A DNA stretch of 64,000 nt from a virus: the IMG/VR virus record IMGVR_UViG_3300002054_000060; one strand, given 5' to 3'. The stretch's first letter is position 1. Each line of letters opens with the position of its first letter. Position numbers and translations under genes: made by a program. Positions 49,614-59,500 of this stretch are shown piece by piece. The notes under the pieces are model-generated. The model was not told the origin of the DNA and did not search any database. It saw nothing but the letters and a program-made list of their open reading frames with translations.

Positions 49614-49961
49614 ATGAGTGAGAAGATTTTGAACCTGGACGAGCTTGTTCAGATACAGCCGACCTTGACCTGGAAGGACAAGCAATATCCGATGCGCGAG
49701 ATGACCCTCAAGGGTTTTCTCGAAACGCAAAAGAAGGCTTCTGAGTTGGAGAAGGCTGCCAAGGAAGAAGGCAACGATGAGGATCACTCGGAGAACGAGG
49801 CGATGCGCGAATCGCTGAGTGTAATCAGCTCTTCCTTCCCTGGAATTTCGGAAGATGACTTGATGACAATGACCTTCCGGCAGATACGAGCCATCATGAA
49901 CTTCATCACTGAGGTGTCCACCATGCAGGCCGATGAGGGCAACAAAACAAAAAAGTCGTAG
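49614..49961 (+). CDS. tail assembly chaperone (gpG-like)
   Basis: Between tube and TMP; ends at slippery A AAA AAG (49949-49955). Confidence 0.85.
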   Translation: MSEKILNLDELVQIQPTLTWKDKQYPMREMTLKGFLETQKKASELEKAAKEEGNDEDHSENEAMRESLSVISSSFPGISEDDLMTMTFRQIRAIMNFITEVSTMQADEGNKTKKS

Positions 49962-50272
49962 ACGGTCGTGAAATTGCCGTCATAGACATCGCGTACCTGT
50001 TCTGGCGCGTTGTTTCCGTCTACGGCATGACAGATCAGGAAGTGCTTGCCATGCCTATGTACCGGTTCTGGTCAGCAAGCAAGAACGCAGACCGCATTCG
50101 GGCAGATGAAAAGCTGCTCGATCTACGTGTACAGAACGCAGCAGGTAGTAAGGAAAGTTCAGAGGCGATGTTTGAGGAGCTTGGTAAAGCACGCGGTACT
50201 GTCGTGGTGGTTGACCAGGTGAAGCCAGAAAAAGACGCCTTTGATCGACTGCGAAGGGCACTGGGTGGTTAA
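49955..50272 (+). CDS. tail assembly chaperone -1 frameshift extension (gpGT-like)
   Basis: The -1 frame is open from the slippery site into track ORF 50027..50272. Confidence 0.8.
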   Translation, partial: VVDGREIAVIDIAYLFWRVVSVYGMTDQEVLAMPMYRFWSASKNADRIRADEKLLDLRVQNAAGSKESSEAMFEELGKARGTVVVVDQVKPEKDAFDRLRRALGG

Positions 50273-50286
50273 GAGAGGGTAGAAAA

Positions 50287-53200
50287 GTGTCCGTTGATTC
50301 CATACGCATTAACCTCGATCTCGATGTCAAGGATTTCAACATTGGGGTCGATGCGGCTGGCAATCGACTAGCCACACTTGGCGCTGCCGCTCAAAAAGCG
50401 GGCAATCAGATTGCTAAGGTACAACGAGGGCCCTTTAGGGGCTTCCTTGCCACGTTGCGCGACCTCACTGTGGGCTTCTATGCCGTTCAGCGCGTAGCAA
50501 CGACAGCTTTCAGGGCGCTCAATGGCATAGCCGCCATCAATGGCGAGTTCGAGCGCACACAGACGCTGCTGGCGGGCATGTCCACAGAGGTGGATAGCTT
50601 CCAGCGACAGCTTGCAGCCGGCGAGGAGTTCGAGCACTTCCTGAACCTTGCAACAGAGGCGCCGTTCTCGCTGCAGGCGATCACCAACTCCGCAGTCAAG
50701 CTCAAATCTGCCGGCATCGACCCGCTCGCTGGCGGCTTTGACTCACTGATCGATTCAGTGGCGAGCTTTGGCGGCTCTGGCGATCAGTTACAGCGCGCCT
50801 CTATCGCCATACAACAGATGTCTGGTAAGGGCGTTGTCTCAATGGAGGAACTGCGTCAGCAGCTCGGTGAGGCGGTGCCTAGCGCAATGTTCCTGATGGC
50901 CCGATCGATGGGCCTGGCGATGGATGAGTTCACAGAACTCGTCACCACCGGAGCTGTGGAATCTCAGGCAGCTATTCTCGGCATGACGCAGGAGATGGAG
51001 CGCTCCTTTGGCGGTGCCGCGCAACGCATGACGACCACCTGGGTGGGTGTTACTCAGCGGCTGCAAACGGAATGGCAGAAGTTCATCAAGAACGTTGGTG
51101 ACAACGGCTCTTTTGATCAGATGAAGGATTCGGTTGAGAGTCTCATTGCTGCTATGCAGAGCGATGAGGGCATCTTGCTTGCGCAGGTCATCAATGATGT
51201 AGTTGCCGGCATTATCAGGTTCTCTGAAAAAGTTGTAACGATGACTTTGGAGTACCTGCCGCGCTTTTTCAACGTAATGCAGAAGCTCTCTGATCTTCAC
51301 TCGGGTAAATTTGCTGATGGCCTGGAGACGGTTACTGACATCATAAGCACGCTGGTCGGCTGGTACGAAGAACTGCGCAATGTCATGACCTCCCTCATGG
51401 AGTCGATGAAGGGCAAACTCTCGTTGTTCGATGGCTTGAGAGATCGTCTTGAACTGATAAATGAGTCAGTCAGCTCCACCAGTTTTGGAAAGTGGGCGGC
51501 AGAGCTGAAGAGCCTTGCTGAGTTGACCCCCTTTGGATTTCTCATGACGGCAATTGAGGAAAATGAAGAGCTCGGCGAGGCATTTAATCTCACTTCCGTT
51601 AGCGCCAGGCGCGCCCTTGAGGTCATGGAGCGGGGCGGTAAGCTCACCGCTGCGCAAATAACAGCCGCCACTGGGGAGTTACAGTCTCAATTGGCCGCGT
51701 TGCGCCAAGCTAACTCTGAAATATACGAAGTTGGCGTCACCGTTGACCTTCAGGGAGTGGAGGGCACGATAGCGCAAATAGAAGAAATAAAGAGCAAAAT
51801 AGCTACTCTGGGCGTACTTGCTGAAGAGCGCTTGCAACAACAGGCATCAACAGCCAACCGCATCCTGCGTCGTGACTTTCAGGACCGGCTAGACACCATC
51901 AATGCTGGCTACCGCAAGCAAGCGGAGGCGATGGACGATGCGCTTGAAATCACTGGCGATGAGGATGCCCAGGCAGCCACCTACAAGCGGCTGATCATTG
52001 CGCGTACCGAAGCTGTGGGCGCTCTGATTGATGACCAGATAGCTCAGGCTACAAAATCACGCGATCGCCTGCTGACGCTGCAACAGTCGGGCGATGAGGC
52101 CGCCGCGGACAGGGTGCGCATAGCGAATGCGCAGATCAAGCAGCTCAATGATGAGCGGGTGGAGCTCGGCGAGCAACTTGAAGCCTCCCTCGAACAGCAA
52201 GCTCGACGCAGCGTGGTGCGTGAGGCCGCCGAGGCTAAGTCGCTCACAAGCCAGATCGAAACCTACGTCGAATCCATCGAGCGTAACGCTGCCAAGGCGC
52301 AGGGCGACTTCGAGGGCGCGTCTGGAGCTGCTGCAAGGCTGCGTTACGAGCTTGAGGAAGGTCGCTGGAAGGGCGCCTTTGACTTCGACATCGACCTTGA
52401 CACCTTGATCAGTCGTGTCGAGGTGGCTGACGCCAGAATCAAGCAGCTGGCAGAGGCCACCAAGCTGCGCACTGCGGCAACTCGTGCAGCCACAAGCGCC
52501 GAGAACTTGCTCATCACCAAAACAGAGGCGCTCGCTCAAGCGCAGGCTGCGCTTAACCCTGAGTTGAGTCTGACTAGCGATTCAACCCGAACGCTCAATG
52601 CTCGGCTTGCCAAGCTGCTGGAGACGTACTCGAGGGCGCCAGAGGACATGGCGGCCTTTCAGGAGAAGCTACAGGGCATTCGTGATGTGGCCGCAGAGAC
52701 TGATGCGCTTAACTACTTCGGCGACATGAAGGCGGACCTTGCCGAGCTCAAGAACAGCTCCCTGCCGGAAGCTGAGCGACTGTATGCGGAGTACCGAGAC
52801 ACCATACTGGACATCGCCGGCAAGTCCAGCCAGGCGTTGCAGTCATTGTCAGAAGAGGACGCGCAGGCTTTCAAAGAAGTTCAGGCAGAGACGGTAGAGG
52901 CCATAACAGCCGACTACCAGAAGAGCATGGATGATCTCCGCAAGGACAACCTTTCGTCGTGGGCCACCACGACCGATGAACTCCAGGGCATGACCGAATC
53001 GTGGGGCGATGACTTCATCGACATGCTGCTGGACGGTGAAACAAGCTTCTCGGATTTTGCCGCCAGTATTCTGAAAGACATTGCCAAAATCATGATTAAG
53101 TGGGCAATGTTGAAGGCGCTGGGCATCAACACAGGCGGCGGCGTTGAGAGCTTCCTAGATGGTCTTGCTGGCTCAATAGGTGGGGGCTTAGCGGGTAGCG

Positions 53201-55161
53201 CCTCCGCTGGCTTGACGACGACAACGCCTGCAGATGCGCCTGTGGCGACCACATCGCCCACGGTGAATAACAATGCGCCGCTGTTCAACAAGATCGACCT
53301 GTCGGTATCCAACGACACGGCGGCATTTGATTCAGCGCTTGCCAATGTTCGCTCCTTTAGCAAGGAATTGAAAGGCTCTGTAGCGAGCAGTGACGCCCTG
53401 TTTGCCAGCACAGCGCAGCTTGCAAATTCAGTAGTTAAGGCTCCGATCAGCGCCACGGCAAGTGTCGATCTGCCTGACACAAGCCGCTTCCTGTCGGGCA
53501 TCAACAACGGACTCACTGCGGCGAGCCCAACGCTGCCGGATACAGAAAACTTCATGGCCGCTTTCAGTGCAGCAAAGGGTTTCAGCGTTGATCTGCCTGA
53601 AACCGCGGCGCTACGCACTGACGTTGACGCCGCTTTTGACCAACCCAGCCTTGGCCTACCAGATGCCTCTGCATTGAGGGCGACAATGGCGGCGGCGTTC
53701 AAGCAGCCCTCTGTTGATCTGCCTGACGCTAGTGCATTGCGCAATGATGTAACTGCCGCTTTTAGCCAGTCTGCTATCGAACTGCCTGACACCACGGCGC
53801 TAGCTGCTGACGTAGCGGCATTTGCCAAGACATCCTTCCCGGCTGCTCCAGAAATGACCGGCCCGGAAGGAGAGGTGGTGCTGCCTGACACTGAAGAATT
53901 TGTGACCAACATGAATGCTGCATTCGATCAGCAGCTCACGCTGCCTGATACCGAGTCGTTTCAATCCAATATGAGAGCGGCTTTTGGTCATCAAGTGAAG
54001 CTGCCCGAGACAGATGTATTTCGCGCCGATCTCGACGCTGCGTTTAACCAGCAGGTGAAGTTGCCTGACGCGGGGCCTTTCGCTGCAAGCCTGGTTACAG
54101 CTTTCGATCAGCCGGCGATACAACTGCCCAACTCAGCTCAGTTCTCAGCGGACTTGAGTGCAGCTTTTGCACAGCCGGCAATGCAATTGCCCGACTCGGG
54201 AACCTTTGCAGAGAACATCGGCATCGCTTTTGATACACCTGTGCCCGCGCTGCCTGATGCGCAATCTCTGGTGGGCGACATGAACGATGCGTTTGCTCAA
54301 CCAGAGGTTGCCCTGCCCGACAGCACCAGAGCGGTTAGAGACGCAAACACTGCGCTTTCCAACCTCAACTTCTCACCGGATACTGGCGATTTCGTTGATC
54401 GTATACGGGGCGCCCAGGTAGCTGATCTGCCAGACACGCAGGGATTTGTAAACAGCTTCAGAGAGACACTGCGGTCAGCTACTTTCGAGCTGCCTGACAC
54501 AAGCAGCTTCGCGAGCAATCTCGGTAACTCCGGGGATGCTCTCGCGATCGGGGCGGAGCGAGCCATCAGCCAGATGCAAGAGGGCATCAATGGCGCAGCC
54601 CTGCCTGACATAGCAAACTGGGCCGGTGAGTTTGGCGATGCTTTCGCCATATCATTACCGGACGCCAGCGCCCTCACCGACCAGCTTGGCGCGGCCACCA
54701 TCGGAATCGAGCAGGTTCAGGTGGCAGAGCTGGGCAATTCCATCACGCAGGCCGCAGAGGCCATGTCGCAAGCGCAAACGCAGGTTGCCACACCAGACTT
54801 CGACGAGATGTACAGGGCCATAGAGAGCTTCTCTAGCGTGCCGCCTGATGTAGCCTTGAATCAACAGTCAGCTCTCGCCACCGATAGCTTGCTGAGTGTC
54901 CCTGTGGCAGATGTCGTGGGCATCAATGACACGCCTGCAGTGAGTGACGCACAGACTGCCGGCACAAGCAGACAGGGCGGCGATGACACCCAGGGCAGGA
55001 ATGCACCAGCCCCCACGGTCAATTTGATGAACAAGAGCGGGCAGAACCTCGAGCCCACCTCTTCCTCATTCGACGCATCCAGTCAGGTGTTGGACATCGT
55101 GCTGAGCGCTGCCAGCAGGCCCGGCTCATTCCGCACCGGCATTCGACAGGCAGTGAGATAG
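50287..55161 (+). CDS. tape measure protein with a C-terminal repeat insert
   Basis: N-terminal tape-measure domain (ATEAPFSL; QQMSGKGVVSMEELRQQLGE); 1624 aa. Confidence 0.93.
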   Translation: MSVDSIRINLDLDVKDFNIGVDAAGNRLATLGAAAQKAGNQIAKVQRGPFRGFLATLRDLTVGFYAVQRVATTAFRALNGIAAINGEFERTQTLLAGMSTEVDSFQRQLAAGEEFEHFLNLATEAPFSLQAITNSAVKLKSAGIDPLAGGFDSLIDSVASFGGSGDQLQRASIAIQQMSGKGVVSMEELRQQLGEAVPSAMFLMARSMGLAMDEFTELVTTGAVESQAAILGMTQEMERSFGGAAQRMTTTWVGVTQRLQTEWQKFIKNVGDNGSFDQMKDSVESLIAAMQSDEGILLAQVINDVVAGIIRFSEKVVTMTLEYLPRFFNVMQKLSDLHSGKFADGLETVTDIISTLVGWYEELRNVMTSLMESMKGKLSLFDGLRDRLELINESVSSTSFGKWAAELKSLAELTPFGFLMTAIEENEELGEAFNLTSVSARRALEVMERGGKLTAAQITAATGELQSQLAALRQANSEIYEVGVTVDLQGVEGTIAQIEEIKSKIATLGVLAEERLQQQASTANRILRRDFQDRLDTINAGYRKQAEAMDDALEITGDEDAQAATYKRLIIARTEAVGALIDDQIAQATKSRDRLLTLQQSGDEAAADRVRIANAQIKQLNDERVELGEQLEASLEQQARRSVVREAAEAKSLTSQIETYVESIERNAAKAQGDFEGASGAAARLRYELEEGRWKGAFDFDIDLDTLISRVEVADARIKQLAEATKLRTAATRAATSAENLLITKTEALAQAQAALNPELSLTSDSTRTLNARLAKLLETYSRAPEDMAAFQEKLQGIRDVAAETDALNYFGDMKADLAELKNSSLPEAERLYAEYRDTILDIAGKSSQALQSLSEEDAQAFKEVQAETVEAITADYQKSMDDLRKDNLSSWATTTDELQGMTESWGDDFIDMLLDGETSFSDFAASILKDIAKIMIKWAMLKALGINTGGGVESFLDGLAGSIGGGLAGSASAGLTTTTPADAPVATTSPTVNNNAPLFNKIDLSVSNDTAAFDSALANVRSFSKELKGSVASSDALFASTAQLANSVVKAPISATASVDLPDTSRFLSGINNGLTAASPTLPDTENFMAAFSAAKGFSVDLPETAALRTDVDAAFDQPSLGLPDASALRATMAAAFKQPSVDLPDASALRNDVTAAFSQSAIELPDTTALAADVAAFAKTSFPAAPEMTGPEGEVVLPDTEEFVTNMNAAFDQQLTLPDTESFQSNMRAAFGHQVKLPETDVFRADLDAAFNQQVKLPDAGPFAASLVTAFDQPAIQLPNSAQFSADLSAAFAQPAMQLPDSGTFAENIGIAFDTPVPALPDAQSLVGDMNDAFAQPEVALPDSTRAVRDANTALSNLNFSPDTGDFVDRIRGAQVADLPDTQGFVNSFRETLRSATFELPDTSSFASNLGNSGDALAIGAERAISQMQEGINGAALPDIANWAGEFGDAFAISLPDASALTDQLGAATIGIEQVQVAELGNSITQAAEAMSQAQTQVATPDFDEMYRAIESFSSVPPDVALNQQSALATDSLLSVPVADVVGINDTPAVSDAQTAGTSRQGGDDTQGRNAPAPTVNLMNKSGQNLEPTSSSFDASSQVLDIVLSAASRPGSFRTGIRQAVR

Positions 55162-55167
55162 CAACGC

Positions 55168-55545
55168 ATGGCTGACTTCCCACCGGGGAATCTGAAAGAG
55201 GACTCCCAATATCACTCGATGACCTATGAGGATCGCACGTTGCGCCACCCTACAGAGGGTGGCAATCTAATCACGCGGCCTCGTACCACAGCACGGCCTG
55301 CGCGCATTTGGACTACAGGCTTCAGTCACATCTTCAACGACCAGCGTGAGGCTCTTGAGGCGTTCTATGAATCCGTGGCCTACGGAGCCAGCTCGTTCAC
55401 GTATGATCTGCCGTACACAGAGGTGGGCGGCCCCATTGTGACAGTGGCAGTCAAAGTCATAGCACCTTTCACGTTCACTTACGTAGGTCTTGCTGAGCAG
55501 CGCATCTGGAACGTTACCGACATCCAGCTACGAGAGGAGGTCTAG
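55168..55545 (+). CDS. distal tail protein (gpM-like)
   Basis: After TMP; GN.ITRPR.T.RP.R; FYE.V..G...F. Confidence 0.7.
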   Translation: MADFPPGNLKEDSQYHSMTYEDRTLRHPTEGGNLITRPRTTARPARIWTTGFSHIFNDQREALEAFYESVAYGASSFTYDLPYTEVGGPIVTVAVKVIAPFTFTYVGLAEQRIWNVTDIQLREEV

Positions 55546-55548
55546 GCC

Positions 55549-56166
55549 ATGCCACGCACCTTATCGATCATGGCGGCGATCGACAAAAGCAACGTCTCCA
55601 GCGGCACTGCCTACATCGCGCTTTTGAACATCCGGGTGATAGACCCCACCACCAAGGCTCTGGTGGAGACTATAAGGGTGTGTCACAACAATGAGGACAT
55701 TGTTTTCCAAGGCGAGAACTATGTTCACACCAATTTCGACTTGACCTTCGATGAGGAGGCGGGTGAAGTGGGCGAGGCGTCCTTGTCCATCAACGACTAC
55801 TCGCGCACGATTCGCCAGAAGGAAGATGAAATCGGCGGCGCCATCGGTTCTGAGGTCACCGTGATGATTGTCAGCGCCGACCATCTTGAAGACAATGCAG
55901 AAGTGACACTCAACTACTCGGTTACGCGCAGTTCCGCCAAGGACTTCAAAATCACCTGGTCACTGGGCGGCGAGAACGCACTGGCGATGCCCATGCCGCG
56001 GCACCGCCAGTACAAGGATCGCTGTCGCTGGAAGTACCGGTCTGCTGAATGTGGTTACCTGGGTGATATGCCGACGTGCAACCTAACGCTCGATAGCGGC
56101 ACCAACAGTTGCGCAGATCACAACAACACGGTCAACTTTGGGGGATTCCCGGGCCTGAAATCGTGA
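55549..56166 (+). CDS. minor tail protein (lambda gpL-like)
   Basis: CRWKY...ECGY...TC.......C..H.N..NFGGFPG four-Cys C-terminus. Confidence 0.85.
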   Translation: MPRTLSIMAAIDKSNVSSGTAYIALLNIRVIDPTTKALVETIRVCHNNEDIVFQGENYVHTNFDLTFDEEAGEVGEASLSINDYSRTIRQKEDEIGGAIGSEVTVMIVSADHLEDNAEVTLNYSVTRSSAKDFKITWSLGGENALAMPMPRHRQYKDRCRWKYRSAECGYLGDMPTCNLTLDSGTNSCADHNNTVNFGGFPGLKS

Positions 56167-56546
56167 CTGTCGATGATTGGGTGGCCGAGATGTTGGGCAA
56201 GCCCTTTGAGATGGGTGCTCGTGGTCCCGATGCTTTCGATTGCTATGGTCTGGTGATCGATGCGTACCGGCGACTGCAGGGCACAGAACTGATCGATTAC
56301 ACCGATCCACCGACAATGGGTGCCGAGATTCGTCGAGTCATGACGAACGAAATCGAACAGCTTTGGGAGCCCGACCCCGATGGATCGTTGTTGTTCATGC
56401 GACTCTACGGCAACGCTCACGTAGGATACCGGGTATCGCCATCCTCCTTTGCTCACGTCTGGGAGCAGTCAGGAGGTGTGAGGATAGAACGCAACTACCT
56501 CTGGGCATCACGCATCCAAGGCACCTATCGCTATGCTCCCCGTTGA
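56163..56546 (+). CDS. NlpC/P60 tail tip assembly protein (gpK-like)
   Basis: GKPFEMGARGPDAFDCYGLV...HVG; GTG start 56163. Confidence 0.85.
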   Translation: MTVDDWVAEMLGKPFEMGARGPDAFDCYGLVIDAYRRLQGTELIDYTDPPTMGAEIRRVMTNEIEQLWEPDPDGSLLFMRLYGNAHVGYRVSPSSFAHVWEQSGGVRIERNYLWASRIQGTYRYAPR

Positions 56547-59500
56547 GTCTCGCTGGATACAGCGCATCGAGGTCTACAACCTCTTTGACCTGTCGCAGCG
56601 CAATGTAGAGCTGCTCAACCACACACCCGGGATGACCGTGATGGATGCGGCGCCCAAAGACATAGGCACGCACTGGACTGCCTTCATTGGTGCCGATGAG
56701 ATAACACAGGACGGCTGGGCCGAACATATCGTGCCCTCCGATGTGTCCGTGGTATTCATAGCTGTGCCTGGCAGCGGCGACTCAGGTAAGGATGCGCTCA
56801 GGTTCATTGCCATCATTGCTGTAGCGTTCGCAGCAGCCTACACCGGTGGTCTGGCAACTAGCGCAGCCGCCAGTGCGTTTGGGGCAACAACGGGTACCGT
56901 CGTTGGCGCATCCGTCACCGCTGGTGTGCAAATTGCGGGCTCAATGATTGTCAACGAGCTGTTGCCTGCTACTTCAGCCCGCAGCAACTCCAGTGGCTTT
57001 GACGAAGGCGCCAGCTACGGCATCGATGGCCCGGGTAACACAGCGCAACAAGGTGCTCTCATACCGATCATCTATGGCACCTTTCGCACAGGCGGCAACA
57101 TTGTCGAGTACGTCACGGAGAATGAGGACACGCGCCACCAAAGCCTGACAATGGTGATGTGTCTCGGTGAGGCGCCCATCGAGAGTGTGAGTAACATCGA
57201 ACTGAACGACCAACCGATAGAGAACTACACCGGTTGGTCATACCAGGTGAAAACGTCGAGAGGCGCTGCGCCCAATCCAATTGACTGGGAGCAGTTTGTT
57301 CACTCATGGCGGGGCAGCTTGCCAGTGGGTCACCCAGACCGTGCGAACCGCATGGTGGAGCGCGACGGGGTTTACACGGAGAACTCACGGGGCGACACGC
57401 TTACGCAAGACTGGACGTACCACACAACCTCCGCGACTGTGGACGCGCTGCGTATTGATCTATTGGCACCCGCTGGACTTTACGCTGTTGATAGCGATGG
57501 TGATTACAACGCATCCACCGTATTGCTTGAGATTCAGTACCGCACCGTGGGCGCTTTGGATTGGCGTACAGCGATGCCTGACGCCACGCTCAACAATGAT
57601 GTTGAGGCGCTCTACATCTACGACATTCCCTATCAGGAATACAGCTCGCCCCACGAGCCCTACGACACCGACACTGAGTTTGTACTGCAAGACGTGCCGC
57701 TCGAGTGGAGATCAGCAACGCGGCTTGCTCGCAACGAATACGTGGAGTGGGATTCTGACGGACTGAACGGCATCGTCAAGCGCAGATTCAGCCCGCGCAG
57801 AATAGTGACGTATGTAATTTCCAACCCGGAGGTGACCGCACCTGAGCACACTCAGACGGTGGGCCACGCTTTCCGCGCCGGCGCTGCTGACAGGCCAACA
57901 CTCATATCCGGCCTGTCCAATGACGCCTTGCGTTTCAGTTTCAGAATTTCGCCCTACATCATTGGAGATGAGTCGCGCTACGAGGTCCGTATTCGTCGGC
58001 TGACGGAGCAGCGCTACCTTGGGGGTTCCAGCTCCGTTGTTGACCTGGTGGTGTTGCAAACGATCTGGGAGATCGAAACGGACAAGGTGGGGTATAAGAA
58101 CCTGGCAATGCTGGCATTGCGGGTGGAGCTGAACGACCAGCTCAATTCCATACCGAGTCTGACTTGTGAAGTGAAGGGTCGCAAGTTGAAGGTGTGGGAT
58201 GTCAACTCCTACACAGACTCAGCAAGTCTTAACACTTTCACGGTTGAACACAGCGCCAATCCGGCCTGGATAGCGTTGGATATCCTGACCGACAAGTTTG
58301 TGGGCGCTGACATATCGATGGATTACATTGATGTGCCGAAGTGGTTTGAGTGGGCGGCGTTCTGCGAAGAGAAGGGGCTTGAGTTCAACGGCGTTTTCGA
58401 CTTCAACAGCAACATCTGGGATGCCTTGCAGTACGTGTTGCGAGCTGGCCGCGCTCAGATTGTCAGAGTAGGGCGCACGTACAGCTTGGCGATAGCTCGA
58501 CCAGAGCTGCCCGTCATGATGTTCGGCAATGGGAACATTGTCGAAGGCACCTTTGCTTCTGAGTGGCTTTCGATGGAGGAGCGGGCCAACGAAATAGAGG
58601 TCAGCTACTACGACGAAGAGGACGGGTACCGGCAGCACTCGATCAAGGTCTATGACCCCGATGCCTTCTCTGAGCAGCAGCGCACATCGACCTTCTCAAT
58701 GATGGGCGTGACCAGCAAGGACAAAGCTCAGGAAGAAGCGGCGCTTGCACTGAACATGAACCGGTTGCTACGCCAGACGTGCTCTTTTGAAACGGGGCTG
58801 GATGCACTAGGCATCGTCCCCGGCGATGTCATTCACGTCCAGTCAGATCACCCGCAGTGGGGCTATTCCGGCAGGCTTGCGGCTGGATCCACCGAGGACG
58901 AGCTGTTGCTTGATGGCGAGGTCTACATGGACAGCGCCACCACGATCTACCAGGTTGCTCTCATTTGGCCTCAGTACGTTCTGCCACACGCGGATGGCTT
59001 TACCTCGCCCTTGCTCGCCGTGATAGGCGATGACTGGATAGAGGTCACTACAAGCCCAATTACGCTGCCTGATGACGTACTGCCACTTGGCATCCTCATC
59101 CGCGGCGTGCATTTGCGCGTGCTCGACCAGTTCCCTGTCGTTGGCAGAACGGATCGCCACCGGTTCACTGTTGATCGGCCACCTATAAGCATTCCAGATA
59201 TTGCCGTGGGTGACATTGCCGAGATATACCAGTCTGACAAGATCATCACCTACACGGTGGCCTTTGCTGGCGAGACGGGCGCGCATAATCGCTTGACGAT
59301 CAACAGTGCTATGCACGCACCACCCAAGAGAGGAATGCTCTACCAGTTTGGCGCACTGAATCGCGTTGCCAAGCCCTTCCGTGTTGCCAAGGTGTCTATG
59401 GGCGACGACCCCTATAAGCGATCAATAAAGGCGACGGAATACAACGCCAGTCAGTATGAGCCGTTCGTGGTGGACACGGGTTACCCCGACTACGCGATTC

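Noticed and set aside
55667-55678. ACTATAAGGG copy of the 50-bp repeat core inside the gpL-like gene
   Set aside because: Single intragenic 10-mer without flanking similarity; likely chance.
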